64,000 bases of DNA, taken from NCBI GenBank assembly GCA_026395815.1, contig JAPLXZ010000010.1, positions 70,659-134,658 of the forward strand, in the 5' to 3' direction. The position numbers and the translations under genes are program-made. Positions 10,525 to 21,181 of this stretch are shown one piece after another; the first letter of the stretch is position 1, and the number at the start of each line of letters is the position of its first letter. The DNA comes from Candidatus Pacearchaeota archaeon. GTDB taxonomy: Archaea > Nanobdellota > Nanobdellia > Pacearchaeales > GW2011-AR1. The notes below the pieces were generated by a model. It was not told the DNA's origin. It was given only the letters and a program-made list of their open reading frames with translations, and did not search any database.

Positions 10525-11307
10525 ATGAAACAGGTATTATTAACTTTTGATATAGAAGAATTTGATTCTTTATTTGATTTTGATTATCCATCTGAAGAGG
10601 AAGATATATTCAAGATATCAAAAAATGGCTTGGATAAAATAGCAAAATTATTAGAAAAAAACGAAATAAAAGCCACTTTTTTTACAACAGCAAAATTTGC
10701 AAAAAAATATCCAAAATTAATCAGAGAAATAAGCAAGAAACATGAAATTGCTTGTCATGGTTATTCTCATTCAGATAATTATAAAAAAGATATTTCTAAG
10801 ATAGATTTAGCTAAAAAAGAGATAGAAAAAATAATAAAAAAGAATATTAATGGATTTAGAGCACCAAGATTTGAAATAAAAGATATCTCTTCTCTTTCAG
10901 ATATAGGATTTTCTTATGATTCTTCAATTCACCCCACATTTATCCCAGGAAGATATATGCATCTTTTCAAAAAAAGGAAAGTGCATAAGATAGGAGAAAT
11001 AATTGAAATTCCTTTATCTGTCTTCCCTTTAGTACGCCTTCCAATTTTTTGGCTTGCTTTTAAAAATCTACCTTTATTGTATTCTAAACTATTTGCTAAA
11101 ATAAATTTTTTGTCTTCAGATTATTTAATGTTAATCTTCCATTCATGGGAATTTGATAATTTAAGTAAAATAAAAATTCCAAAATATATGAAAAAGAAAA
11201 GCGGAGATGAATTTTTAAAGATGCTTGAAGAATATATAATATACCTGAAGAGTATTGGTTGCACTTTTTCTACAATTTCAGGTTATCTCCAAAAATCCTT
11301 AAGATGA
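10525..11307 (+). CDS. Polysaccharide deacetylase (NodB/CE4 family)
   Basis: LTFDIEE, ATFF, EIACHGYSH, GFRAP, YDSS, FHSWEF. Confidence 0.88.
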   Translation: MKQVLLTFDIEEFDSLFDFDYPSEEEDIFKISKNGLDKIAKLLEKNEIKATFFTTAKFAKKYPKLIREISKKHEIACHGYSHSDNYKKDISKIDLAKKEIEKIIKKNINGFRAPRFEIKDISSLSDIGFSYDSSIHPTFIPGRYMHLFKKRKVHKIGEIIEIPLSVFPLVRLPIFWLAFKNLPLLYSKLFAKINFLSSDYLMLIFHSWEFDNLSKIKIPKYMKKKSGDEFLKMLEEYIIYLKSIGCTFSTISGYLQKSLR

Positions 11308-12737
11308 CCATATACTGCCTTTATTCCTCTCAAATTCAAAATGATTTCATCAAAACTTTTCATATTTTTAATCCTTTGAAATATATATTGCGGAGTTAAA
11401 AAAATAGTGTAAATTCTTCCACAAATGCTTGCGATTTCTTTTGCATCAGAGTCTTTTGTTTTTAAAACTGGCTCTCTCATATCGTATCTTTCATATTCAT
11501 CAAACGGAAAAAGGAATAAGTTATCTTTTTTTGCTTCTTTCCATAAAGGAGTTCCAGGATAAGGAATTAACACTGTCGCTTGAAGCAAATCTGCCTTTCC
11601 ACTCTGCATTAAATTCTTTGCTAATCTAAATGTTCTTAATGCATCCTCTTTATTTTCCCAAGGATATCCAACAATCATGGTTAAATGAACTGTTAAACCG
11701 GCTTTTTTTGCTATTCTACATCCATTCACAATGTCTTCAACTTTTATTCCTTTGTTCAACCTGTCAAGTGTTTCTTGATTTGCACTTTCTAATCCAAATT
11801 TCAGCAATCTAAATCCTGCTTTTTTCATCAGCATGTAATCTTCCTGATTTAATGCCCCAAAACGCATGTTGCAAGAATATCTTATTTTTTTGTTATATCC
11901 TCTTTTTATCAATCCTTCACACAAATCTTTCAGCCATTTTCCAACCATCAAGGTTCCAGAATCGTCGAAAATTTCTTTTGCATTATACTTTTCGATTAGC
12001 ATTCCTATTTCATCCAAAACATTTTCAACACTTCTAACCCTAAATCTGGGAAAGAGAGTAGGCCATGCACAAAATTTGCATTTTCCCCACCAGCAATCTC
12101 TTCCAGACATGATATAAAAATAAGGTTTTCTGCTTATATTGTATTCTTGTTGATATAATTTCCATCTTGTCAGTTCTCTGTCAATAAAAGGCAAGTCATC
12201 CAAATTATGTTTCAAATCAAATTTTTCAGAATGAATAATTTTTTTATTTTTTCTGTAATATATTCCATCAGGACATTTTTTCTTTTTTCCTGAAATCCAA
12301 TCACACAGTTCAGTTAAACTAAAGTCAAAGTCTCCTCCACAAGAAACAAAATCAACTTTAGAGTTTTTCATGCTTTCTATTGGAAATGAAGTAACATGAT
12401 CCCCCAAAAGAACAATCTTCATTTTTGGAAATTTTTCCTTAAGTTTATCAATAATCTTCCAATGCTGCTTTATTACAGGGGTTTTTGTTTCAAAAGCAAA
12501 CAAATCTGGTTTTTCTTTTTCAAATTTTTTAATAAATTCTTCCCAATCAATTCTTTCTGCAATTGCATCTATCCAAAAAACCTCATAATTTCTTTTTTTT
12601 AATAAAGTTGCAGCACTTCCTAAAACAACAGGAAACAAATAGCTAGGGTTAGAAAACCATTGAAATTGCCTGTTCTGACTTAGTAATGCTATTCCTTTTT
12701 CTGATTTTGTTGGAGGATAACCTATTGCAACTTTCAT
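11283..12737 (-). CDS. B12-binding-domain radical SAM protein
   Basis: GRDCWWGKCKFC (CxxxCxxC), RSVENVLDEI, GLESANQETL, IPYPGTPLW; N-terminal cobalamin-binding-like domain. Confidence 0.85.
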   Translation of the reverse strand: MKVAIGYPPTKSEKGIALLSQNRQFQWFSNPSYLFPVVLGSAATLLKKRNYEVFWIDAIAERIDWEEFIKKFEKEKPDLFAFETKTPVIKQHWKIIDKLKEKFPKMKIVLLGDHVTSFPIESMKNSKVDFVSCGGDFDFSLTELCDWISGKKKKCPDGIYYRKNKKIIHSEKFDLKHNLDDLPFIDRELTRWKLYQQEYNISRKPYFYIMSGRDCWWGKCKFCAWPTLFPRFRVRSVENVLDEIGMLIEKYNAKEIFDDSGTLMVGKWLKDLCEGLIKRGYNKKIRYSCNMRFGALNQEDYMLMKKAGFRLLKFGLESANQETLDRLNKGIKVEDIVNGCRIAKKAGLTVHLTMIVGYPWENKEDALRTFRLAKNLMQSGKADLLQATVLIPYPGTPLWKEAKKDNLFLFPFDEYERYDMREPVLKTKDSDAKEIASICGRIYTIFLTPQYIFQRIKNMKSFDEIILNLRGIKAVYGHLKDFWR

Positions 12738-12794
12738 TGAATTATAAACTTTGAACCTTTTTAAAAGATTTTTATAGAAAAATATATACTTAAT

Positions 12795-13742
12795 TTATTT
12801 TTGTTTTATGGTTTTCTTTCCATTAATCAAAGAAAGGAAAAATCCTATTACTGCAGGAATTATGTTTCCAATAACTAACCCAATTATTGACATTGAGAAA
12901 ACCTTTGTAGCCTGTACTCCTAAAAGCCCGAAAAGGCTTATTGTTGTTAATTCCCTTGTTCCGAGCCCACTGATTGTTATTGGTATCTGCGCCACTAATG
13001 TTGCAATAGGCAATAACGCCAAGAAATAGAAAAAAGATACATTATTTATCTGAATAGAAAGTCCGATAAAAAACATCACTGAATATGCTACAACCCAATT
13101 TAGGAGATAAACAAAAAAGAACAGGAAGAGATATCTCTTTTTCGGCATGTCTTCATAAAAAGAATAAAAACCTCTTCTAGCCTTTTCTTTTAATTTTTTA
13201 GAGACTAGCCTGTGGAAAATCTTTAAGATTCTTTTACTTCTCTCTCTATCCATAAAAATAAACAAACACGCTAATAAAAAAACCAATCCAAGAATAGAGA
13301 AGTATAAATAATTAGCCGATAAAAATTTCAGGGATACAAAAGAAAATACAATAACCAAAAGAACCAGGGAGCAGACATCCAAAATCTTGTCTAAAACAAA
13401 ATTACTGATTCCTTTTCCTCTTTTATCATTTGAATATTTTTTTAAATATTCTGCTCTGATTATATTTCCGACTTTTGAGGGGGTTATAAATCCATAAAAA
13501 CCCCCTATCAAATTTATCCCAACAGCCTCAAAAAAAGGAACTTTTATTTTTTGATATCTTGCAACAACAAACCACTTCATTGTTTCAGCTAAAATACTTA
13601 TAATGCTAAAAAATACAGCAACCAACAAGAAAAAAACATTCACATTCGCAATTTCTTTTATTATCTTTAATACATCAAGTTTAATCAGAAGATATGCAAA
13701 TATTACAAGTCCGATTATAGGCAGATATTTTTTTATTTTCAT
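12795..13742 (-). CDS. UPF0104 / lysylphosphatidylglycerol synthase TM (flippase-like) membrane protein
   Basis: TPSKVGNIIRA, DKILD, IPITISGLGTRE; multiple TM helices. Confidence 0.82.
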   Translation of the reverse strand: MKIKKYLPIIGLVIFAYLLIKLDVLKIIKEIANVNVFFLLVAVFFSIISILAETMKWFVVARYQKIKVPFFEAVGINLIGGFYGFITPSKVGNIIRAEYLKKYSNDKRGKGISNFVLDKILDVCSLVLLVIVFSFVSLKFLSANYLYFSILGLVFLLACLFIFMDRERSKRILKIFHRLVSKKLKEKARRGFYSFYEDMPKKRYLFLFFFVYLLNWVVAYSVMFFIGLSIQINNVSFFYFLALLPIATLVAQIPITISGLGTRELTTISLFGLLGVQATKVFSMSIIGLVIGNIIPAVIGFFLSLINGKKTIKQK

Positions 13743-14737
13743 GGAAATATTCCTTTTCTAAATATTACAAATCCGGTAATTATTACAATAATTTGAAATA
13801 AATTTATTAAAAAAACTACTTCTTTTTCATAAACTTTCTTACTCGGTTTTATCTTTTTAAGAATATAAATCGCTAAATGTTCCAAACCATAAATTTTTTC
13901 ATAAGGCATTTCCAAACTTCCATCTTCTTTAACCTTAGCAAAACTTTCCTTTTTTAACCTTCCCCTTAACTTGAAAATAGTTTCTAATATATAAGGAATA
14001 AAAAAGAAAAGAGCTATTTTCTCAATATTCCCAAATATTGCCATTATTGCAACCATTGCTCCAATAGAATATGTAAGAACATCTCCTGGGAAGACCTTAG
14101 CAGGATATTTATTGAATATGTAAAAAGCAATAAGGCACGCAATCATAATGAATCCTATTATGCCCAACCAGCTTTTTCCTATCAAAAAAGTGATAGCAGA
14201 AAGAGCTGAAAGAATTATAATTCCTTGGCTTGTTTCCAAACCATTATATCCTGCCAAAAAATTAAAGGTCGCAGACGCCCCAATAATTCCTATAGGGATT
14301 AATAACAAAGGATACAAAAGTCCAATATTTAACCCCATAAGGTTTGATTCTCCCACGTTTATGACTACCAAAGGAAGAGAAGCAAATGCTAAAAGTACAA
14401 TTCGTATAGATTTTGTTAGTCCAATTTTCCAGCCTAAAACGTCGTCGATAAAACCAATAAAAGCGATTATTATTATTACGCTTACTATAGAAAGAATCTT
14501 TACTTGATTTTCAACAGAATCAAAATAGAAAGTTTCTATTGCTATGTAACTTAAAACAGCAAAAATAAAACCCATGATAACACACACTCCTCCTGCCTCA
14601 GATACTTCTTCTCCCTTTATTTTATTCATATCTTTTCCAGCTAATCCAACTCTCTTTGCTCTTTTTATCCATAAAGGTATAGAAAAAAAAGATACAAAAA
14701 ATCCTAGGAAAAATGGAAGAAATAATATCAATTTCAT
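13739..14737 (-). CDS. MraY/Alg7-family UDP-GlcNAc:dolichol-phosphate GlcNAc-1-phosphotransferase (AglH-like)
   Basis: GKDMNK, EAGG, GFIDD, FNFLAGYNGLE, NKYPAKVFPGD. Confidence 0.88.
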   Translation of the reverse strand: MKLILFLPFFLGFFVSFFSIPLWIKRAKRVGLAGKDMNKIKGEEVSEAGGVCVIMGFIFAVLSYIAIETFYFDSVENQVKILSIVSVIIIIAFIGFIDDVLGWKIGLTKSIRIVLLAFASLPLVVINVGESNLMGLNIGLLYPLLLIPIGIIGASATFNFLAGYNGLETSQGIIILSALSAITFLIGKSWLGIIGFIMIACLIAFYIFNKYPAKVFPGDVLTYSIGAMVAIMAIFGNIEKIALFFFIPYILETIFKLRGRLKKESFAKVKEDGSLEMPYEKIYGLEHLAIYILKKIKPSKKVYEKEVVFLINLFQIIVIITGFVIFRKGIFP

Positions 14738-14742
14738 TTTAT

Positions 14743-17547
14743 TTACATATATTCGTTTGATTTAACCATTGCATATTCTACATTTGGATAATCCATCCTT
14801 AGATAATCTGGATTAAGTGTTATGTCAGAAGGGTAACTTATCTCCCATATCTTTATCGGTCCAGAAAAATCTTGATAGTAAACAAATTCTCCAAGTTCTG
14901 GTATTTGCTGTCTAAGACTCTTAACAAGTTCGCTGTTTTCTGAATGTGCTAACTGAAAATATTCGGTTTCTTGGCCAAATAGATACAATCTTGCCAATCT
15001 AGAGTTAACTACTCTTTCGCTAAGATAAAATGCAGCACCCTTATCCAATATTTTCAATTGCCCATTGCTATCCTGTTCAATCTTTGGAAATATGAATATT
15101 CCTACGTCTAAGCCAGAATCAAATTCATATAATTTGTTTCCAATATAAAGAACTTTCATTGGCCGCTGATATTGTTTTCCATTATAAACAAAAAAGACAA
15201 GTGGTTGCAGTATCTTTCCTTCACTTTGTTTTATTACAACAGCTGCAACAGCTGTTTTCTTCCTTGGCAATACAACTTGGTTTATGCTAGTGCTATTTTC
15301 AGTAGTTTCATTAATTATTACATCTTCATCAAGAGCAATTCCAATGGGATATACATATATTGTTTCATTATTTGTCTCTTGTGTCTGTTTTTCATCCATA
15401 AAAAAAGTAGAGATAAATGAAAATCTATCATAGTTTTCATCAGAACCAATACTTGAAAATGCACCATATTTTCCTATATCGCTTGAATCAATCAAAAGAT
15501 GTGTTGCATTGTGAGCATATAGAAATTCTAAGGCAGTTCTTTCATCAGTTCCTGTTAGAATATGCCTTCCCATTAGATGATTCCAATAACCAACAGCATT
15601 TCCACCATCAAGTATTGTCGCCCTTTCTCCAATAGATTGTACCCAATATCCATAATCCCACCAATGTGCAAAAACAGCAGTTTTATCAGTAAATTCCCTA
15701 ACCCAATTCATTGCGTTTTGCCATTGCCATTGATATGGTCCTGGACCGAAACTTCCAGCGATGCTCTTATCACTATTATAATATGTCCATAATGTAAAAC
15801 AAGAAGCAATTAAAATAAGTATTACAACAATTGCCAAGAATAACTTTTTAGTCTCTTCTTTTTCCTGAAGATATTTTTGAAAAGTTTTTACAATAAGAAA
15901 TGCTACTGCAATTGGGCTTACTGCTGCCAAAACCATTGTTAATCTAACTGCCCCTCTTGCAGCAACTATCATCATTGTTAAAATAATAAAATAGAGTATG
16001 TATGAAAAATCAAATTCTTTAAAGAAAGAAAATCTTCCACTTTTGTACTCTTTATAATAAAAATAAATAAAACAAAGAATGAAAAGTAATGTTCCTCCAA
16101 AATATACTATAAAGCTTAAAGTGTTGCTTCCATTTAATTGACTGCTTGAAGAATACTTGCTGAATATAAGTCCAGCTAAAAAGAGAGCATAACTTATAAT
16201 TAAGATTATTTTTTCTTTTTTCGTTAAAGACTTGACCATATAGCCAAATAAAAATATAGAACCAATAAAAAATAACCAAAAGAATAAAGGAATATTAAGT
16301 GCAATTGGTCCGAATTCGCTTCTCCATTCATTTATAAAATAAGGTTGTCTATTTTCTGCTACAGTTACACTGAATCTGCTTTGTACCATAGGATTAACTG
16401 TATGTGAAATAATATCCTTAAATATGTCTGGAACGAATGAAATTCCAATAGTTATAGAAGCTATTATTACTAAAAAGATTCCTGTGATTATAAAAGAAAT
16501 AACAGGTTCAGGAAGTTTGATTTTTATTTTTTCCTTAATTTTAAAAATATTTTTCTTGAATATCAAAAAATCTACTGCTAAGATAAAGAGAACCATAAAA
16601 GCTAATCCTGTAGATGCAGAATAAACTAAACTTAAATAACGATATCTTGCTGAAAAAGGCAGCATAATCATTAATGCTCCCACAATCCATGAAAGATAAA
16701 AAAGGGATTTTTTCTTATCGATTTTTCCAAGAAGAAAGGCAAATAAAACTGCTCCCCCAATTGCTAAGAAAACAAATATCACTCCTCCCCATGTTAATCC
16801 TAATAATCCTGTCATAATTCCTGCTAATACTCCATAAATAGTTCCCTTTACTAATTTTTCAGAACTATATGCTTCTAAAAATAAATAAAACGCAGCAAAC
16901 ATGAAGAAAAAAGCAGCAGATTCTTTTTCAGGGATTCCGGCAATTGTTCTAGGTAAAATTGAAGGAACCAGTACAAAGAATGCAGTAGCAACTAAAGCGA
17001 TTACATTTGCAACTAATTTGTTTTCTTTATAGAATAGCTTTCTTGCAAACAGAAAAAAAGCAATTCCTGCTAGAACAGACATTATTACAGGAAATATGAT
17101 TGCAGCATAAGTGACTGTAGCTTCCTTATTAAAGACGAATAAAAATTTGTAGAGCCACGCAATCATGTAGGATAAGGTCTTCATTTCTGCTGATGTATCT
17201 ATTGCGCTACATGATGCTCCAGAACAAAGGTCTATTAAAGGAACAGATCTCATAGCGTCTAAAGCAAAAAGCTTACCATATTCTGCAATATACTTTGCCC
17301 ATCTTAAAAATAAAAATGGATCTAAATCAGGACCAAGAGTCCAAGTGCCTGTAGAAACATCTTTTAGCAGTGGAATGTTTCTCGTTCTTATATAAGTATT
17401 AATAAAAAGTATAAAGGTTAAGATTCCATAATATATCCATTCTGTTCTTTTTTTCAGAAAGCCAATTAAATTTTTCTTTCTTGCTTCTATTTCGTCTTGA
17501 AGAACAAGACCTTTAGCCTCAATTTCTGATGTTATATTTTCTTCCAT
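14743..17547 (-). CDS. aglB: Oligosaccharyltransferase AglB (STT3 family)
   Basis: DLDP, EKES, TVAE, WWDYG, DGGN, DIGK motifs; many N-terminal TM helices. Confidence 0.95.
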   Translation of the reverse strand: MEENITSEIEAKGLVLQDEIEARKKNLIGFLKKRTEWIYYGILTFILFINTYIRTRNIPLLKDVSTGTWTLGPDLDPFLFLRWAKYIAEYGKLFALDAMRSVPLIDLCSGASCSAIDTSAEMKTLSYMIAWLYKFLFVFNKEATVTYAAIIFPVIMSVLAGIAFFLFARKLFYKENKLVANVIALVATAFFVLVPSILPRTIAGIPEKESAAFFFMFAAFYLFLEAYSSEKLVKGTIYGVLAGIMTGLLGLTWGGVIFVFLAIGGAVLFAFLLGKIDKKKSLFYLSWIVGALMIMLPFSARYRYLSLVYSASTGLAFMVLFILAVDFLIFKKNIFKIKEKIKIKLPEPVISFIITGIFLVIIASITIGISFVPDIFKDIISHTVNPMVQSRFSVTVAENRQPYFINEWRSEFGPIALNIPLFFWLFFIGSIFLFGYMVKSLTKKEKIILIISYALFLAGLIFSKYSSSSQLNGSNTLSFIVYFGGTLLFILCFIYFYYKEYKSGRFSFFKEFDFSYILYFIILTMMIVAARGAVRLTMVLAAVSPIAVAFLIVKTFQKYLQEKEETKKLFLAIVVILILIASCFTLWTYYNSDKSIAGSFGPGPYQWQWQNAMNWVREFTDKTAVFAHWWDYGYWVQSIGERATILDGGNAVGYWNHLMGRHILTGTDERTALEFLYAHNATHLLIDSSDIGKYGAFSSIGSDENYDRFSFISTFFMDEKQTQETNNETIYVYPIGIALDEDVIINETTENSTSINQVVLPRKKTAVAAVVIKQSEGKILQPLVFFVYNGKQYQRPMKVLYIGNKLYEFDSGLDVGIFIFPKIEQDSNGQLKILDKGAAFYLSERVVNSRLARLYLFGQETEYFQLAHSENSELVKSLRQQIPELGEFVYYQDFSGPIKIWEISYPSDITLNPDYLRMDYPNVEYAMVKSNEYM

Positions 17548-17595
17548 TAGATTCCATAAAAGAGGGAAAAAATTCTATTTAAATATTTCTTTACT

Positions 17596-18456
17596 CTACT
17601 TGAATAAAAGAGGAGTGAAATATACCTCTATAAGCGCAGCTATCAATAAGACAATTAGTGCAATAAAAAGCAATAAAATCACATTTTCTATGATTCTTAA
17701 GAACTTTTTATCCTTAATTCCATGTCTTACTACTCCCACTCCAAAAATTCCTCCTGCTAAAGCAGTTATAAAATACGCGGCAATTTCTGGAAAACCATGA
17801 ATCATATAACGCAATAATCCAAAAGGAATATCACTAAGATTATATTTTGCGAATATACCAATTGCCGCAGCAATAACACTCGCATTCCAAGCCAAGATAA
17901 AAATTGCTCCTGCACCGAATATAAGAGAAAAGATAAGTGTGAATATCATGACATATACATTATTCTCTATTATCGAAAGTAATCTCGTTCCGTTACTCAT
18001 AGCACTTGTTGAAATTACTTTGCTTGTAAAGTCAAAATCTGTAATACAATTTTCTATGTCCCCAGGACTGTTTATATTACAATAGGTTCCGATTTGGGCA
18101 TTCAACAAGCCGGAATTTTGTAAAATTACATACCATAAGGAAAATGCAACAATGAATCCAAGAAAAAGCCACATAAAAGCAAAAATAGCATCGTTATGTA
18201 TTTTCCATACTCCTAAAAATCCGGTTATTTCTTCATCTTCTCTTTCTTCATTTTTTATTATATGGTACATAAATGGAAGAGAAAACATAACACAGAATGT
18301 AACAACAATCATCCCGGAAAATTTAGATAATATCTGATCTTTTGCAAAAAACCAGTGAACTAATAAAATAGAAAGTGATGCATAGACAAGTCCAATGAAA
18401 AACATCTTCCATGGTCCTTTTTCAGCTCTTTTTGGATTGATAATTGACTCTAACAT
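17596..18456 (-). CDS. SpoIIM/DUF95 family membrane protein
   Basis: NN..V, WNASVI, HGFPEIAAY, AALIEVYFTP. Confidence 0.85.
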   Translation of the reverse strand: MLESIINPKRAEKGPWKMFFIGLVYASLSILLVHWFFAKDQILSKFSGMIVVTFCVMFSLPFMYHIIKNEEREDEEITGFLGVWKIHNDAIFAFMWLFLGFIVAFSLWYVILQNSGLLNAQIGTYCNINSPGDIENCITDFDFTSKVISTSAMSNGTRLLSIIENNVYVMIFTLIFSLIFGAGAIFILAWNASVIAAAIGIFAKYNLSDIPFGLLRYMIHGFPEIAAYFITALAGGIFGVGVVRHGIKDKKFLRIIENVILLLFIALIVLLIAALIEVYFTPLLFK

Positions 18457-18512
18457 CTATCATTAAAGAAAAAGAGATTTTTTAAACTTTCATCTTTTAT
18501 ATTTATTATAAT

Positions 18513-19331
18513 ATGGATAGAAAAAAGAGGTTCAATAAAATTGCAAAAGACATTAAAGAAGTTAAAATTCAAGGAGCAAGAACCATAGCAAAATCTGCTC
18601 TTTATGCTTATTCCCTAATTCCTTCTGAAATCTCAAAGAAGAAACTTTTATCTCTTCGCTCAACAGAGCCCATGCTTGAAAAAGTTTTATTTTTATCAGA
18701 TAAAAAATCTTATAAACAAATTTTGAGCCATTTTAATTTTGCCCAAGAAGAAATAAACAAATATGTTTTGAAATTAATAAAAAATAATGATGCAATTTTT
18801 ACTCATTGTCATTCTACAAATGTTATCAATGCATTACTATACGCAAAAAGAAAAGGAAAAAAGTTTGAAGTTTATAATACGGAAACCCGTCCATTGTTCC
18901 AAGGAAGAAAGACTGCAACCGAGCTAAGGAAAGAAGGAATAAAAGTTACAATGTTTGTTGATTCAGCATTAGAAGATGCTCTAACAGGGGAAGGAGAATT
19001 AAAAAAAGTCAATAAGGTTTTTCTTGGAGCAGATGCTCTTCTAAAAAAAGGAATTATAAACAAGATAGGAAGTGAATTGATTGCAAGAGTGGCAAAAGAT
19101 GAAAAGATTCCTGTTTATATCATAGCGGATTCCTGGAAATTTTCAAATAAAAAAATTCCAATAGAACAGAGAAAGCTTAACGAAGTTTGGAACAGAGTTC
19201 CTAAAGGCATAAGGATAAAAAATCCTGCATTTGAATTTATCAGAAGAAAGTATATAACAAGAATTATTTCTGAATTAGGCTTAATGAGATATAAGGAATT
19301 TGTTAAGAAAAGAAGAAAATTAAAGTATTGA
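18513..19331 (+). CDS. Ribose-1,5-bisphosphate isomerase / eIF2B-family protein
   Basis: KIQGA, RSTEPM, THCHS, ETRPLFQG, GADA, INKIGS, NPAFE. Confidence 0.88.
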   Translation: MDRKKRFNKIAKDIKEVKIQGARTIAKSALYAYSLIPSEISKKKLLSLRSTEPMLEKVLFLSDKKSYKQILSHFNFAQEEINKYVLKLIKNNDAIFTHCHSTNVINALLYAKRKGKKFEVYNTETRPLFQGRKTATELRKEGIKVTMFVDSALEDALTGEGELKKVNKVFLGADALLKKGIINKIGSELIARVAKDEKIPVYIIADSWKFSNKKIPIEQRKLNEVWNRVPKGIRIKNPAFEFIRRKYITRIISELGLMRYKEFVKKRRKLKY

Positions 19332-19388
19332 GATTAGATAATTCTATAGAATACAAAATCTTTTAAATAGATAATAGATGCTAAAAAC

Positions 19389-19697
19389 ATGGACCGTGAT
19401 TTAAAGAAAGCAAAAATAGAACTTTTAGAAAATATAGTTAAAAACACACATCATTTAATTGTTAGTACTGCTTTAACACCAGTTGCAGCCACATATACTT
19501 TTTTTGGAGTTTATTTTAATTCATTTGCTGACAATGAACGTGATGGCTATGCTGCAGATTGTATACATTTTTTTCTAACAAAAGACAGATTTGTTAATTT
19601 CTGGAAAAGAGGATTTAATAATATAACTAAAGTAATTGAAGAATATAGAGAAAATAAGTCAATAATCTTAGAACATGATAAAAGCAGATATACATAA
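19389..19697 (+). CDS. Hypothetical protein
   Basis: 102-aa ORF with upstream TTTAAATA TATA-like box; overlaps next gene. Confidence 0.55.
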   Translation: MDRDLKKAKIELLENIVKNTHHLIVSTALTPVAATYTFFGVYFNSFADNERDGYAADCIHFFLTKDRFVNFWKRGFNNITKVIEEYRENKSIILEHDKSRYT

Positions 19698-20457
19698 TCA
19701 TTTAGGAAGAAACAGAGCAAATCCCGGATTTGACGAAACTATAGATATTGCACATGCAAGGTTAGGAGATGGAGGACTTTTTGGAATAGCAAATTCAGAT
19801 GATTTCAGATATGAAAAATTTGTTGAACAAAAAGGTGGAGAATATAATAGAAATCATGTCTCAGGGGATATTGGAATTTATGTTCCAGAAAAGAAGATAT
19901 TTGCAGTTAAATGCCAAGAGATTTTTTCAAAACAAGGGGATATTCTTGCGATTGCAATGCCCCATGGAAAGAATGTAAAATCCAAAGACGCAAGAGATGC
20001 GATAAGAGAAGCAAGAGACTTAGGTGCATTCTTGGACGCAGTTCATCCGTTTTATATTGACGGAATTGGAAAATTTTTAGAACAAAATCCAGAACTTCTT
20101 CAGCTTTTTTCAACATGGGAAGTTTATAATGGCTCTGCTGTTTTTGTTCCAGGATTTACAATAGCATTTGCGAACAAAAAAGCAATGGAATTTTATTCTT
20201 CAAATTTATTAGAAAAATTAGGCATAGGAATGTCTTCTTCAACAGATGGCCATTCTGCAAAATCAATCGGAAAATGTTATACAGAACTTCCCGATATGCC
20301 ATTCACATCCAAAAAGTTCTGGAATTTGTCTTGGGATTTAGATGCTGCATTTAGAAGCGTGAAATTTTTGGATAAATTACACATGGAATCAAATTGGTTT
20401 GATGCGTATAAACATGTCAAAGAAATGGCTATGGTTAAAGCAGGATTAAGAAAATAA
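19675..20457 (+). CDS. PHP-domain (metal-dependent phosphoesterase-like) protein
   Basis: ADIHNH, CQEI, VHPF, EVYNG, STDGH motifs. Confidence 0.7.
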   Translation: MIKADIHNHLGRNRANPGFDETIDIAHARLGDGGLFGIANSDDFRYEKFVEQKGGEYNRNHVSGDIGIYVPEKKIFAVKCQEIFSKQGDILAIAMPHGKNVKSKDARDAIREARDLGAFLDAVHPFYIDGIGKFLEQNPELLQLFSTWEVYNGSAVFVPGFTIAFANKKAMEFYSSNLLEKLGIGMSSSTDGHSAKSIGKCYTELPDMPFTSKKFWNLSWDLDAAFRSVKFLDKLHMESNWFDAYKHVKEMAMVKAGLRK

Positions 20458-20463
20458 CCTTAA

Positions 20464-20859
20464 TTAATCCCCCTCTTTTTCTTCTGCTTCTTTCATCATG
20501 TCTGTAAAATCTTCACCGATTTTTTCTAAATTATGTTCCAATTCTTTTTTTACATCTTCTAATTTTTCAATTTGTTCTTCTATGAGCTCTTTTGTTTCCG
20601 GAATTGTTTTTCTTACAAAATTTCCTCCTCCAACATCTACATTCAATTCTTCAGAAATTAACTTTGCTTTTATGAATATACCTCTTCCAATAGAAGCAAA
20701 AATTTCCTTATCTTTCCCATTAATAAGCTCATCTAATCCTATATCTAATGAATTTAGTTCAACTATTCCTCTTTCTACTGCTTCTATCTGTTGCTGGAGC
20801 TGTTGAATCTGTTGCTCAAACATACCGAGTTTCATTAAAAGTTCTTCTTTTTCTTCCAT
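20464..20859 (-). CDS. pfdA: Prefoldin subunit alpha
   Basis: Coiled coils flanking SIGRGIFIKAK...VDVGGGNFV beta-hairpins. Confidence 0.9.
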   Translation of the reverse strand: MEEKEELLMKLGMFEQQIQQLQQQIEAVERGIVELNSLDIGLDELINGKDKEIFASIGRGIFIKAKLISEELNVDVGGGNFVRKTIPETKELIEEQIEKLEDVKKELEHNLEKIGEDFTDMMKEAEEKEGD

Positions 20860-20920
20860 AGAAATAAATTATAATTTGTCTTTTTAAAATCTCTGTTTAA
20901 ACATAAATTCTCTATAACCC

Positions 20921-21181
20921 TTATGTTAAGAGTAATGTTAATTGTTTTCCAACTACCTTTCCTAATATTCTATTATTTTCCCTTAATTGCTCCCTTGTAA
21001 AATGTCTAAATGGGAAATTTTCTGTTGGATCACAGGTTGGACATTCCCAAGGTTCTAAACACTCTTCCATAGAATTATCTTGTAATATAACTGTCCCACA
21101 ATCTCTACATCTAAAATAATAAATTAAAGTCGCATCTTCTCCACCAAAGCAATATAAGTTATTCCTACTCATCTTAAACAA
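20921..21181 (-). CDS. Hypothetical zinc-ribbon protein
   Basis: CRDC and CPTC pairs; overlaps the stop of the upstream gene. Confidence 0.55.
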   Translation of the reverse strand: MFKMSRNNLYCFGGEDATLIYYFRCRDCGTVILQDNSMEECLEPWECPTCDPTENFPFRHFTREQLRENNRILGKVVGKQLTLLLT

